From Pirellulales bacterium (lineage in GTDB: Bacteria; Planctomycetota; Planctomycetia; Pirellulales; Pirellulaceae): DNA of 48,466 nt. Below, in pieces: positions 20,596 to 30,029 of the stretch (positions within the stretch are counted from its first letter, which is position 1; each line of letters starts with the position of its first letter). The stretch is taken from contig JBBSJZ010000001.1 of the NCBI GenBank assembly GCA_038256795.1, positions 1 through 48,466 of the forward strand, read 5' to 3'. The notes beneath the pieces are model-generated. The model saw only the letters and a list, made by a program, of their open reading frames with translations. It did not search any database and was not told the origin of the DNA. A program made the position numbers and the translations under genes.

Positions 20596-21654
20596 TTGAT
20601 TGTGCTTTCAAATCGCATCGGGAATCAAGCTCTCAGTACCCTCTGTGAGCGAGTGGGCGTGGCATTTGAAGTCGGGCTAGACCCATATCGAGTTTTCGAT
20701 CGTGAAGCCAGCGGCACTCACACGCAGTACGGTCGGCGAATGCGATCGGTCGCGGATCATGTTCGTGAAGGATCGTCGCTTTCAGACGCGGTGAAGGCCC
20801 AGGGGAACTACTTCCCGGCTCACTTCGCTGAGATGCTCGAAGGTGGCGAGAAATCAGGAAGTCTCGATCGGGTGCTGGAACGGCTTGCGGAGTATTACCA
20901 GCAGCTTGCTGAGTTCAAGTCCGTGTTCTTCTCGTCGATCTTATGGCCAATCGTGCAGCTCATCATGGCGGTCGTCGTGGTGGGGCTGATGATTTACTTG
21001 CCAAGCGTGTTGTTGCCAGGCGAGTCGAAAGAGAAGCAAGATCTGATTGGCATCGGTTTGGTGGGCGAGAGTGGCCTGCTCACGTATGGATTGATCGTCG
21101 GTGCCGTGTCGCTCATCATCGGGGCTTTCTATGTTCTGATCCGAAACGGCTATTTGTCGTTCGTGCCGGATTGGATCGCCCGCATCCCAGTAATCGGTCG
21201 CAATCTCCGCGTTTTCGCTGAAGCACGCTTCGTACAGACGCTCGCTATCACCATCGACGCTGGGGTCGATGCCGCTTCGGCGATCGATTTATCGTTTCGG
21301 AGTGCGGGTACAGGGCAGTACGCAAGCAAGGCGGAATCGGCCAGAGACGCGATTCTTCAAGGTTGCGATATGCACACCGTGCTGGCCGACACTCACCTGT
21401 TCCAAGAAGATACGATCGAAGTCGTTGAGCTCGGTGAAGCTTCGGGAAGGCTTGCAGAATCCCTCGACAAGCATTTCCATCAACTGAAGCGTCAGGTCAA
21501 AAGTTCGATGGTGAAGGTCACTTACTTCGCTTCGGCGTTGATATGGATTTTGATCGCCGCTCTCTTGATCATCATTATCTTTCGTGTTTTTTCGACGTAC
21601 GTTACCGGATTAGAAGGTCGAGCGACGGATGCGATCATTCATAAGCCCCTTTGA
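20596..21654 (+). CDS. GspF/PilC-family type II secretion / type IV pilus platform protein
   Basis: 352-aa ORF (TTG 20596, or GTG 20602 with GAGGA 9 nt upstream). Two T2SS-F-type repeats (ALSTLCERVGVAFEVGLD..., FVQTLAITIDAGVDAASAIDLSF...). Three hydrophobic helices in the typical positions. Confidence 0.85.
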   Translation: MIVLSNRIGNQALSTLCERVGVAFEVGLDPYRVFDREASGTHTQYGRRMRSVADHVREGSSLSDAVKAQGNYFPAHFAEMLEGGEKSGSLDRVLERLAEYYQQLAEFKSVFFSSILWPIVQLIMAVVVVGLMIYLPSVLLPGESKEKQDLIGIGLVGESGLLTYGLIVGAVSLIIGAFYVLIRNGYLSFVPDWIARIPVIGRNLRVFAEARFVQTLAITIDAGVDAASAIDLSFRSAGTGQYASKAESARDAILQGCDMHTVLADTHLFQEDTIEVVELGEASGRLAESLDKHFHQLKRQVKSSMVKVTYFASALIWILIAALLIIIIFRVFSTYVTGLEGRATDAIIHKPL

Positions 21655-21741
21655 TGTGTCAATCCTTCGTCAAACAAGCACTTTTGTCCGTTGTCCGAGC
21701 TCAATTTTTCGTCATTTTGATCTACTTCTGAGGAACGTCCA

Positions 21742-23007
21742 GTGATCCAGTCTGCAACAGTCCCGCGAAACGGAGTCGCATCGGATACCGACCATTCGCT
21801 CAACGCGCAGCTCGACAGGCTCAGCGTGCGTCTTAGCCAATTGAGCTCCAATTCCGCGAACTATGCGACTCAGTTTGTTGCGCAGTTACTCGAATTCGCT
21901 GATGCTATCGGGACGAGCGACGTGCATTTGCAACCGACGCTCGGTGAGTTGGAGGTGAAGTTCCGTTTCGATGGTGTGCTGCAGCACCTTGGCGAGTTTC
22001 CCACAGGGGTGACGTCATCGATCGTTTCTCGCTTGAAAGTTCTCTCCAACTTACTGACGTATCGCAATGACATTCCCCAAGAAGGTCGCATTGCGTTGCC
22101 GGGCGAGGCGGCAGAAGTACGAGTGAGCACGTTTCCGACCCTGTATGGCGAACGTGCGGTACTGAGGTTCTTCGGGCGCGGCAAGAATCTTAAGCGTCTC
22201 GAGGATCTTGGGCACAGTTCAAACGTTACGCAATCTCTTTACGAGACGCTCGCAGAAACCAGCGGTGCGATGTTGGTGACGGGACCTGCTGGCAGTGGCA
22301 AATCGACGACGCTGTTCGCTTGCCTGCGTGAACTGGCTCATTCGTCCGGCGGAAACCGTAGCCTTCTGACAATCGAAGACCCGATTGAGGTGCCCTTAAT
22401 CGGTGTTTCCCAAAGCCAGGTCAACGTACCCGCCGGGTTTGATCTGCACACGGGCTTGCGATCGCTGCTGCGGCAGGATCCCGAGGTGATCATGATTGGT
22501 GAAATTCGTGATCCATTGACCGCCGAAATCGCGATTCAAGCCTGTTTGACCGGACAGTTGATGTTGACCACTTACCACGCCGACAGCACGGCGACGGCCA
22601 TCACTCGGTTGCTGGACATGGGCATCGAACCCTATTTGCTGCGTAGTGGTGTCATCGGCATCCTGAGCCAACGACTCCTTCGTAAGGTTTGTCAATGTGC
22701 AACGATGTCGACCAACGAAAAAGATTTCTTTGGGCTGCCCCTGAATTCATGCCTGAACCCGCAAGGTTGCGTTACCTGCAACATGACGGGCTATATCGGA
22801 CGCGTGGTCGCGAGTGAGTTCCTTTCGTTGAAAGATTCCAGCCTTGCCGACCAAGTTCTTGACACGCGAGACAGTCGTTCAATTTACCGAATTGCGACAG
22901 CCAACGGCATGAAGTCGATTTGGGAAAACGCCACGGACCTCGTTCGCAATGGAACCACCAGCCCAGCGGAAGTCCGCCGAGTCCTCGGATTGTCAATGCG
23001 AATTTGA
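21742..23007 (+). CDS. GspE/PilB-family secretion ATPase (short form, no long N-terminal domain)
   Basis: 421-aa ORF. GTG start with GAGGAA 6 nt upstream. Walker A GPAGSGKSTT, Asp box LLTIEDPIE, Walker B DPEVIMIGEIRD, His box LMLTTYHAD, tetracysteine CQC...CVTC. Confidence 0.9.
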   Translation: MIQSATVPRNGVASDTDHSLNAQLDRLSVRLSQLSSNSANYATQFVAQLLEFADAIGTSDVHLQPTLGELEVKFRFDGVLQHLGEFPTGVTSSIVSRLKVLSNLLTYRNDIPQEGRIALPGEAAEVRVSTFPTLYGERAVLRFFGRGKNLKRLEDLGHSSNVTQSLYETLAETSGAMLVTGPAGSGKSTTLFACLRELAHSSGGNRSLLTIEDPIEVPLIGVSQSQVNVPAGFDLHTGLRSLLRQDPEVIMIGEIRDPLTAEIAIQACLTGQLMLTTYHADSTATAITRLLDMGIEPYLLRSGVIGILSQRLLRKVCQCATMSTNEKDFFGLPLNSCLNPQGCVTCNMTGYIGRVVASEFLSLKDSSLADQVLDTRDSRSIYRIATANGMKSIWENATDLVRNGTTSPAEVRRVLGLSMRI

Positions 23008-23321
23008 GGGCCGACTTCCGTAAAGAAACGATGAAGTATTGGTGAGTTCGCCGATTTGATCTTGAATCGCGGCCAGCAACGCGTGAAATAGCCACAAAAA
23101 GTGAGGCTATTCCGAGTGAGCTTCGGCGTCATCGTCCGAACGGCGAACCAAAATCACAGGGCTAGCCGCCCAGCAAACAAGAATCTCGGGACTTCATCCA
23201 ATACTAACAACGACTGCACATCGGCTTCGCGATCCCTCGGTTTAATACGCTCCACACAGCCGAACGGTTTGCCGACGGCGACAAATAAAACGACTCAACC
23301 ATGATGCTAATCCTACCCTCC

Positions 23322-24485
23322 ATGAACGTCACCCGCAAAACATCGGTAGCCCGCCGCGGCTTCACGTTGATCGAGTTGCTGGTCGTGATTTCGATCATTG
23401 GCATTCTTGCTGCCTTGCTGTTGCCAGCGATCGGCAAAGCCCGAGAGGCTGCTCGGGGTGCGCAGTGTCAGAACAATTTGAAGCAATTCGGAATCGCGAT
23501 GATGGCCCGAGCCGTCGGTGCTCCCGAAGGGTCCCTTTGTACCGGCGCTTTCGATTTTGAACGCGACGGTGTGCCCACCGAAGTCGGCTGGGTCGCCGAC
23601 CTCGTGACTCGCGGTGTCATGCCCAGTGAGATGCGATGCACCAGTAACGGTGGTTTGCTGGCGAAGGCGATTGAGCAAGTGTTGACAATGCCCACTGCGG
23701 ACTTCAAGGACGACGAGTGCATCAAGCGACTCGGCAAACCCGAATTCACCAGTGAGACCGGCGACGTGATCAAGAATATCGCTCGCAAGATCAAAGATGG
23801 CAACTTCGCACCGTCGATGACGGATCGGCAAGAGCTCGTGCAAAAATACATGATCGAAAATGGCTACAACACTAATTATGCCGCGTCATGGTTCTTGGTT
23901 CGTAGTGAATTCAAGTTGAGCACCAACGGTAATCCAGATCCCTCGCCGTCGACTTGTGACACCGAGGGTCGTGGTCGCTACGTGACGCGAGGCCCGCTCA
24001 CCACCCGGTTGCTCGATGTCGGCCGCGCACCGGCCAACACCGTGCCGTTGCTCGCCGATGCGTCACCCGTGGGTCAATTGTCGGCGACGGTGGGCGAGTT
24101 CCAAGCGGGAACACCCTACGTCACTCCCATCATCGGTATGCCCGTTCACAACGTACTCACGCCATCCGCACCATCGACCACGAATTTCCTCGATGTCCCC
24201 GCGTTCCCAGCGACGACTCTCCGCGAAGGATTGGCGGGTTGGTTGCGAACGTGGGGCCACGAAGTCCGGCAAGATTACCGAGGCATGGCCGCCATTCACT
24301 CCGGAGTCGTCAACGTGTTGATGGCCGACGGTAGTGTTCGCGGCATCATCGACGATAACAACGACGGGTTCATCAACAATGGTTTTCCGGCAAGCAGTCC
24401 GTTTTGGGAAAGCGATGAAATCGAAGCGAAGGATTTGGTCCTGGCCAGTTACTACAACCTGAACTCGAAAGGAGCGGAGAACTAG
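23322..24485 (+). CDS. DUF1559 / H-X9-DG prepilin-like protein (type IV pilin N-terminal methylation motif)
   Basis: ORF 23301..24485 trimmed to ATG 23322 to give the leader [13 protein letters not shown]|[27 protein letters not shown]1559 core [12 protein letters not shown]-terminal [12 protein letters not shown] (H-X9-DG). Confidence 0.85.
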   Translation: MNVTRKTSVARRGFTLIELLVVISIIGILAALLLPAIGKAREAARGAQCQNNLKQFGIAMMARAVGAPEGSLCTGAFDFERDGVPTEVGWVADLVTRGVMPSEMRCTSNGGLLAKAIEQVLTMPTADFKDDECIKRLGKPEFTSETGDVIKNIARKIKDGNFAPSMTDRQELVQKYMIENGYNTNYAASWFLVRSEFKLSTNGNPDPSPSTCDTEGRGRYVTRGPLTTRLLDVGRAPANTVPLLADASPVGQLSATVGEFQAGTPYVTPIIGMPVHNVLTPSAPSTTNFLDVPAFPATTLREGLAGWLRTWGHEVRQDYRGMAAIHSGVVNVLMADGSVRGIIDDNNDGFINNGFPASSPFWESDEIEAKDLVLASYYNLNSKGAEN

Positions 24486-24953
24486 AGTCAACGTGGTGTT
24501 CGATCGTGGCAACTCGGTGGGCCGCGACCTTACAGAATTCTTAACCCAAAACTCATGCGGTATTCGGAGTTGAATCCGCGTGTTTGAATAGTCGAGTTTC
24601 TTCGGAGACTCGCACTCCATCACTGAGAGAGTAGCGGCAGCGACGGTTGCCCGATGTCAACGCGAGACGCTTGAGCAAGAACGCTCGAGCCGGCGAGTTT
24701 AAGAGAAACGGCCGAGTTCGATGATCGCTTTCGAGCTCGGCAAAAGTCTGGGATTTTGCCAGACGAGCAAGCGTTACGTGGCGACCGCTAACGGTTAGCG
24801 GAAGTCAAAAAAAGAGGCGGGTGACCCGCGAGAACGATTCAGACTCGGAAAAGACGAGTCGTTCTTCAAACGGGCCACCACGCCAAAACACCCCTCGATT
24901 GTGGGCAAGGCACATCGCCATGTCTAGTACAAACTGTTTTAGGAGAATTTGGA

Positions 24954-26204
24954 ATGAAATTGCGAAAGCAAGCTGAGGGTTTCACCCTCATCGAACTGTT
25001 GGTGGTCATTGCGATCATCGCTCTGTTGGCAGCCCTGCTGTTGCCAGCCATCACGAAGGCCCGTGAAGCCGCCCGCTCGGCCCAGTGCCAAGCCAACCTC
25101 AAGAACATCGGCATCGGCATGTTCAAGTACAGCTCGCGTACTCCAAGTGGTGCTTACTGCTCGGGTGCGTCGGACCAGTTCCGTGACGGTTGCATGGACA
25201 CGTTCGGCTGGGTAGCTGACATTGTCAACGTCGGCGACGGTAACATGAACGAGTCGCTTGACCCATCCAACCCGCTCAAGGGCTCGGAGAAGTTGAATGA
25301 ATTGCTCAAGTTGGTTCCATCGACGGGTGATCTGGCGAAGGACGGTGCAATCGTCAGTCGTAAGTACGTTGGTAAGTGTGGTACCTCCACCAACTACATG
25401 TTTGGGTCGAACACTGATGATCTTCGTCGCGAGTACATCTCGAAGAACTTCATGACCAATGGTTACAACACGAACTATGCCGCTAGCTGGCACTTGATCC
25501 GTGGTGGCTTGAAGACCACTGTCACTGGCGGTTTACTCTTCACCGGGCCAGACGATTTTTTCAAGGGCGTCGGTGGCACCACCGGTCCTTTGAGTGCTCA
25601 AGTGATGGACACCTCGCGTATCTCCAGCAGCAATGTCGCCTTCATCGGCTGTGCAGCACCTGGCGACTTGAAGGACGGCATACTTTCACAGACTCTCGAG
25701 CACGCTGACAACGGTCAAATTGTCAAATACATCGAAAGCGGCAGCCTGTTGACCGAAGCGTTCAACGACGGTCCTGCTCATGCGAACGACACCGCTGCGA
25801 TCGCGTTGATCGACCCGAGTCGTTCATTGTCGAGCCAACTGGTTTGCGAACGTGACGAGCCTTCGACCGTCAATTGTGCAGCACCAACTGGTGATAGCGC
25901 TGGTGTGGACGCTCTCGGTACTACAGCAGGAAACGGAATCTACTTGCAAGACACTCGCGACTGGTTCGCTATTCACCAAGGCAGCGCTAACATCCTCATG
26001 GGTGATGGCAGCGTCAAGCAGTTCTACGACGTCAACAGCGATGGTTACTTGAACCCAGGCTTCGGCGTTGCTCCGGACGCGACTCAGATCGACAACGTTG
26101 GCTATGCTGACGCAACCGTCGAAATGACTCGTGACCAATTCTTCGGTGGTGTGTTCATCAGCGACAATTTCTTCAAGGGCAACTTTGAAGAATCTAACCA
26201 GTAA
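24954..26204 (+). CDS. DUF1559 / H-X9-DG prepilin-like protein, candidate major subunit
   Basis: 416-aa ORF. AGGAGA 7 nt upstream of the ATG. Leader MKLRKQAEG|[35 protein letters not shown] core. [12 protein letters not shown] (H-X9-DG). Followed by a strong hairpin terminator. Confidence 0.9.
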   Translation: MKLRKQAEGFTLIELLVVIAIIALLAALLLPAITKAREAARSAQCQANLKNIGIGMFKYSSRTPSGAYCSGASDQFRDGCMDTFGWVADIVNVGDGNMNESLDPSNPLKGSEKLNELLKLVPSTGDLAKDGAIVSRKYVGKCGTSTNYMFGSNTDDLRREYISKNFMTNGYNTNYAASWHLIRGGLKTTVTGGLLFTGPDDFFKGVGGTTGPLSAQVMDTSRISSSNVAFIGCAAPGDLKDGILSQTLEHADNGQIVKYIESGSLLTEAFNDGPAHANDTAAIALIDPSRSLSSQLVCERDEPSTVNCAAPTGDSAGVDALGTTAGNGIYLQDTRDWFAIHQGSANILMGDGSVKQFYDVNSDGYLNPGFGVAPDATQIDNVGYADATVEMTRDQFFGGVFISDNFFKGNFEESNQ

Positions 26205-26233
26205 GCTCTTGACTTGCTGAGTTGACGATGATG

Positions 26234-26268
26234 GCTCCCTCGGCGAAAGCCGGGGGAGCTTTCTATTT
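26234..26268 (+). terminator. Intrinsic terminator downstream of the second prepilin gene
   Basis: 11-bp stem GCTCCCTCGGC / GCCGGGGGAGC (26234-26244 / 26249-26259, one G-U pair) closed by a GAAA tetraloop. Followed by TTTCTATTT. Confidence 0.6.
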
Positions 26269-26301
26269 GAATTCAATTTATTCCCGTTGCTATTGATTAA
26301 T

Positions 26302-27480
26302 ATGAAGTCTTTGCCAAAACGAATGAGTATCGCGTTCGCGACGGGAGTTTGCTTCCTACTTGCCGGCGTCGGTCTAGCGAGCATCGTGGTCTACAAACCG
26401 TATGGCGTCCGTGATAGCCAGCGTGCGGAGTACGAAAACATATTGTCGGACATTCGGCTCAAGGCCGAGCTATCACGGTCCAAAGTGACAAGCGAGTTGC
26501 CAACCGCCTTTGTACCCGAAGCGGTTCATGTCTTCGGGAATATGGCGCCGCACAGCAGCGATACGCACCAGTTTCGAATTCAAAACACGGGCTCTGGACC
26601 CTTAACGTTGGATGTGGTCGGTACATCGTGCAAGTGCGCGACGGGTCGGTTGACGAAGGGGATCGTGCCCCCGGGCGAGTCCACGGAACTTGAGGTGACA
26701 TGGAATACGGGTCAACCAGGAGAGGAATACGATCAAACGGTCTTGCTGAAAACCAACGACCCCGAACACCCACAGATAGAATTGACGATCCAAGGCGAGG
26801 TTTATGCCGAGCTGGTCGCACCGGAGCAAGTTGGCTTCGCCAAAGCTGACTTAAGCGATGTCGTCAAATCTGGTTTCGTCATTTACAGCCAACTTTATAA
26901 GGAACTCTCCGTCGTTTCGTGCGATTGTGACTTACCGGGATTCGAGTGGTCGGTCGAGCCCGCGTCGATTGAAAAGATGGACTTACTCCACGCTGAGACG
27001 AAGTCGGCGTTGAATCTGAGCATCCAGTGCAAGCCAGCCAAGCGAGGTGAGTTTACCGGTACGGCGAAGCTCACGTTAATAAACGAATTGGGCAGTATGC
27101 TCGAGCGATCGATCACGCTGTCCGGCAAGGTCCGCGCGTCAATCAATTTTTACGACTCGGAGATTTACATGAAGTCGGGGCTCGACATGGGAACGTTCAC
27201 CTCGGGCAAACGTCACGAGTTTGCGATTGTCGTTCGCGCCGATGAGAAGGATCGGGATTTGGAAGTTCTGCGAGTCGAACCACCCGAAGTCAAAGCGACC
27301 ATCAAGCGACTCGGAAAGAACGGCGCGCATCGACTACTGATCTACATCCCCAAAGACTGTCCCACTGTCGTATTTAACCTAAACTCAAAGCGAGGTTACG
27401 TCGAAGTCGGTGATCCTAACGACAAGTCCTATTCGAACTGGTTGCCGATTTACGGAGCTGTCGCCAAAGCCGAACTCTAA
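26302..27480 (+). CDS. Membrane-anchored DUF1573 domain protein (Ig-like/PapD-like repeats)
   Basis: ORF 26287..27480 trimmed to ATG 26302. N-terminal anchor MSIAFATGVCFLLAGVGLASIVVY. DUF1573 signature HQFRIQNTGSGPLTLDVVGTSCKCATGRL...PGESTELEVTWNT. Further beta-rich repeats follow. Confidence 0.8.
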   Translation: MKSLPKRMSIAFATGVCFLLAGVGLASIVVYKPYGVRDSQRAEYENILSDIRLKAELSRSKVTSELPTAFVPEAVHVFGNMAPHSSDTHQFRIQNTGSGPLTLDVVGTSCKCATGRLTKGIVPPGESTELEVTWNTGQPGEEYDQTVLLKTNDPEHPQIELTIQGEVYAELVAPEQVGFAKADLSDVVKSGFVIYSQLYKELSVVSCDCDLPGFEWSVEPASIEKMDLLHAETKSALNLSIQCKPAKRGEFTGTAKLTLINELGSMLERSITLSGKVRASINFYDSEIYMKSGLDMGTFTSGKRHEFAIVVRADEKDRDLEVLRVEPPEVKATIKRLGKNGAHRLLIYIPKDCPTVVFNLNSKRGYVEVGDPNDKSYSNWLPIYGAVAKAEL

Positions 27481-27606
27481 GGGACTGTTTCGATATAATT
27501 TCCTCATGTCACTCTCCCGCTCGCGGGAGAGTCGGGCTCTCAGGCCCGGAGAGGGCAGGTGAAAAACGGGATTTTTTTTCGGAACGTTTACTAGGTTAGT
27601 GTCGAT

Positions 27607-27645
27607 GTAGGCCGGATCAAGGAGCGTCAGTGACGCCGATCCGGC
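27607..27645. repeat. REP-like palindromic element, copy 1 (GTAGGCCGGATC ... GATCCGGC)
   Basis: GTAGGCCGGATC at 27607-27618 pairs with GATCCGGC at 27638-27645. Nested palindrome GCGTCA-G-TGACGC inside. The same 12-mer recurs at 31427. Confidence 0.5.
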
Positions 27646-27730
27646 AGGATGTGGGGGGTGACATGAGTGTCGGTGGAAGATGCCGAATCTCCCCGAGCCT
27701 CGAACCGGCCTATGAGAGTATCTTCGCGTG

Positions 27731-29905
27731 ATGAACAAGCGACACGAATTTCACCAAACGTGGGTGTTTGTTTGTTCGGCGATCGTTTTGTTGGTTGCTG
27801 CGACGCTGGCTCATTCGTCTGGATTGACCGGTGCGTTCGTCTTTGACGATGTCCCGGAGATCGTCGAGAGCGAGCGACTACGCGAGCCGATTCAAGTACG
27901 TGAACTGTTTCAATCACGCGGACTCGGTTACATCACGCTGAAGCTGAATTATCTGGCGTCCGAACTCGAGCCTCGGGGCTATCACCTGTTCAATCTGGCG
28001 GTCCATCTTGCCGCCTCTCTAGTGTTCTGGGCGGTTCTGGTTGAGCTGCTGGTGATTCGCCGCCATCATTGGCATCCGGCGATCGCTCGGCACGCGGAGT
28101 TGATTGCCTGGAGCTCAGCACTGTTGTGGTCCGTTCATCCGATCACGACGCAGGCGGTGGTTTACACGATCCAGCGATTGGAATCACTGTGGAGTCTCGC
28201 ATTCTTGGTGGGACTGGCAAGCTACTTGGCCGCGATCCGGCAAACTTCACCGCGTCGGCGATGGATCGGGTTGACGATCGCCGTCGTGGTTTTTTGGATG
28301 GGCATGCTCTGCAAAGAACCGCTCGCGGTGGCGCTGGTGGTGCTGCCGATTTGCGATCGACTCTTCGGTGCTTGTTCACCTCGTCAATGGTTTCGAGAAC
28401 GAGGCGTGTTCTATGCGGTGCTCGCAATACCGGTCTTGATGGCGATCCCCGTGGTCGTGCTACCGAGCATACTCTCGTCGGACAAAACCGCCTCGGGTGG
28501 CCTTTATACGCAAGTCGTCACGCCGATGGAGTACTGGCGAACGCAACCGGAAGTGCTGCTGCTGTACGTGTCGAAGATCCTGGTTCCGATTCGACAATGC
28601 TTCGACTATGGCTGGCCGCCACAGGACAACGTCGTACGATGGCTGGCGTCGACAGTGTTCGTCATCAACGTGCTTGCCGTGTCGCTGCGAGCATGTTGGC
28701 GAGGGCGAGCGTGGAGTTGTTTTTCGCTGTTCTTTTTCGCATGCACAGCGACAACGTGCCTAGTTCCACTGATTGACTTAGCGGTCGAGCACCGTGTTTA
28801 TGTGGCGAGTAGCTGGCTGATCGCGGGAGGTCTCGCTGGCGTGACCGTCATTGGGTCACGCTTTTGCGAATCGCTTCGCATCGATCAATTGCACGCGGTT
28901 TACCTGGCCCGGTTCTTAATCGGGTTGTTAACGGTCACTCTTGCTTGGTTGACGCACGAGCGTTCGTCGATGTATGAGTCACCGCTCTCGCTTTGGCAGG
29001 ACACGGCGATGACGGCGCCGTGGAACTTCCGCGCCCACGTGAACGTCGCTTCGGAACAGTTGAAGCGTGACGAGCCGAAGGCGGCGATCGCCAACTGTCA
29101 GCTCGCTCTCGGTTTGCCGAGCTTCGATCGACAACCGGATCACCAGCAGGCGAAAGTCCACGACTTGCTCGCGTCGGCGCTTTCCAACAGCGGCGATATC
29201 GATGCCGCGGTAATCGCCGCGGAGAAGGCAGTGGCGCTAACTCCTGGCGGCAGCGATCATTGGATGCGGCTGGCCAGTGTCTACACACAGCATTCGATGT
29301 GGACATCGGCTGAAGCGGCGCTGAGACGCGCGATTGCCAACCGGCCCAAACGCGCGGTCCTGTACGAGCACTTGGCGACCGTTCAAATGAAAACCGCCCA
29401 GTGGCGATCAGCCAAAGAGTCGCTCGAGCGTGCCAAAACGCTGGGCGCCAGCGATTCGTCGGACATTCATCGGCGGATCTCCGAACTCGAGACCCGATTG
29501 GACCGTGCCGCAAGTTCCGCCGACGTGCGGATTGAAGAAGGGTCAGGCGATGCAGCGGCCTGGGTTTCGGCCGGCAACACCTACCGCGTCGCCGGTGACG
29601 ATGCGCAAGCAGCCCGCAGCTACGCACGAGCGGTCGAATTGGACGGTCGCAACAGTGCCGCGCTCAACAATCTCGGCGCAATGATCTCCGCGAGCGATCC
29701 GGCTCGTGCGGAATCCATTCTCCGCCGCGCCGTCGAAGTCGACCCCGCGAACGTCCAAGGCTGGCATAGCCTCGGCAACGCACTCGTGCGACTGGAGCGT
29801 TTAGACGAGGCGGTTGAATGTTACCGCCAGGCACTCGTCATCAATCCATCCTTTGAGCCGTCACGCCAAACGCTCGAGAAAATTTCGAGGGCCGTCGCGC
29901 GGTAG
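27731..29905 (+). CDS. Polytopic membrane protein with C-terminal TPR repeats, TMTC/GT-C glycosyltransferase-like
   Basis: 725-aa ORF (ATG 27731). About 10 hydrophobic segments over the first ~430 aa, with FVFDDVPEIVES after helix 1 (resembles the TMTC/DUF1736-type motif, from memory). C-terminal TPR repeats (e.g. WHSLGNALVRLERLDEAVECYRQALVINP). Confidence 0.8.
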   Translation: MNKRHEFHQTWVFVCSAIVLLVAATLAHSSGLTGAFVFDDVPEIVESERLREPIQVRELFQSRGLGYITLKLNYLASELEPRGYHLFNLAVHLAASLVFWAVLVELLVIRRHHWHPAIARHAELIAWSSALLWSVHPITTQAVVYTIQRLESLWSLAFLVGLASYLAAIRQTSPRRRWIGLTIAVVVFWMGMLCKEPLAVALVVLPICDRLFGACSPRQWFRERGVFYAVLAIPVLMAIPVVVLPSILSSDKTASGGLYTQVVTPMEYWRTQPEVLLLYVSKILVPIRQCFDYGWPPQDNVVRWLASTVFVINVLAVSLRACWRGRAWSCFSLFFFACTATTCLVPLIDLAVEHRVYVASSWLIAGGLAGVTVIGSRFCESLRIDQLHAVYLARFLIGLLTVTLAWLTHERSSMYESPLSLWQDTAMTAPWNFRAHVNVASEQLKRDEPKAAIANCQLALGLPSFDRQPDHQQAKVHDLLASALSNSGDIDAAVIAAEKAVALTPGGSDHWMRLASVYTQHSMWTSAEAALRRAIANRPKRAVLYEHLATVQMKTAQWRSAKESLERAKTLGASDSSDIHRRISELETRLDRAASSADVRIEEGSGDAAAWVSAGNTYRVAGDDAQAARSYARAVELDGRNSAALNNLGAMISASDPARAESILRRAVEVDPANVQGWHSLGNALVRLERLDEAVECYRQALVINPSFEPSRQTLEKISRAVAR

Positions 29906-30029
29906 GACGCTGTCGTTGACGAGGAGTTGCCCTTCTGGCTGCTGAAATCTCGGTTGCTGTACCGCCTTGAGGCGGGTTTTGCGGTGCAGAAGCCGGCTGA
30001 AGCCGGTACACCAACAAGCGGAACGACCC

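Noticed and set aside
29962-29980. Short hairpin CCGCC-TTGA-GGCGG followed by GTTTTG after the TPR gene, and the tandem GAAGCCGG repeat at 29991-30009
   Set aside because: A 5-bp stem is too weak to call a terminator with confidence. The repeat is only two copies of 8 nt. They may contribute to bidirectional termination between the convergent genes, but the sequence alone does not support a call.
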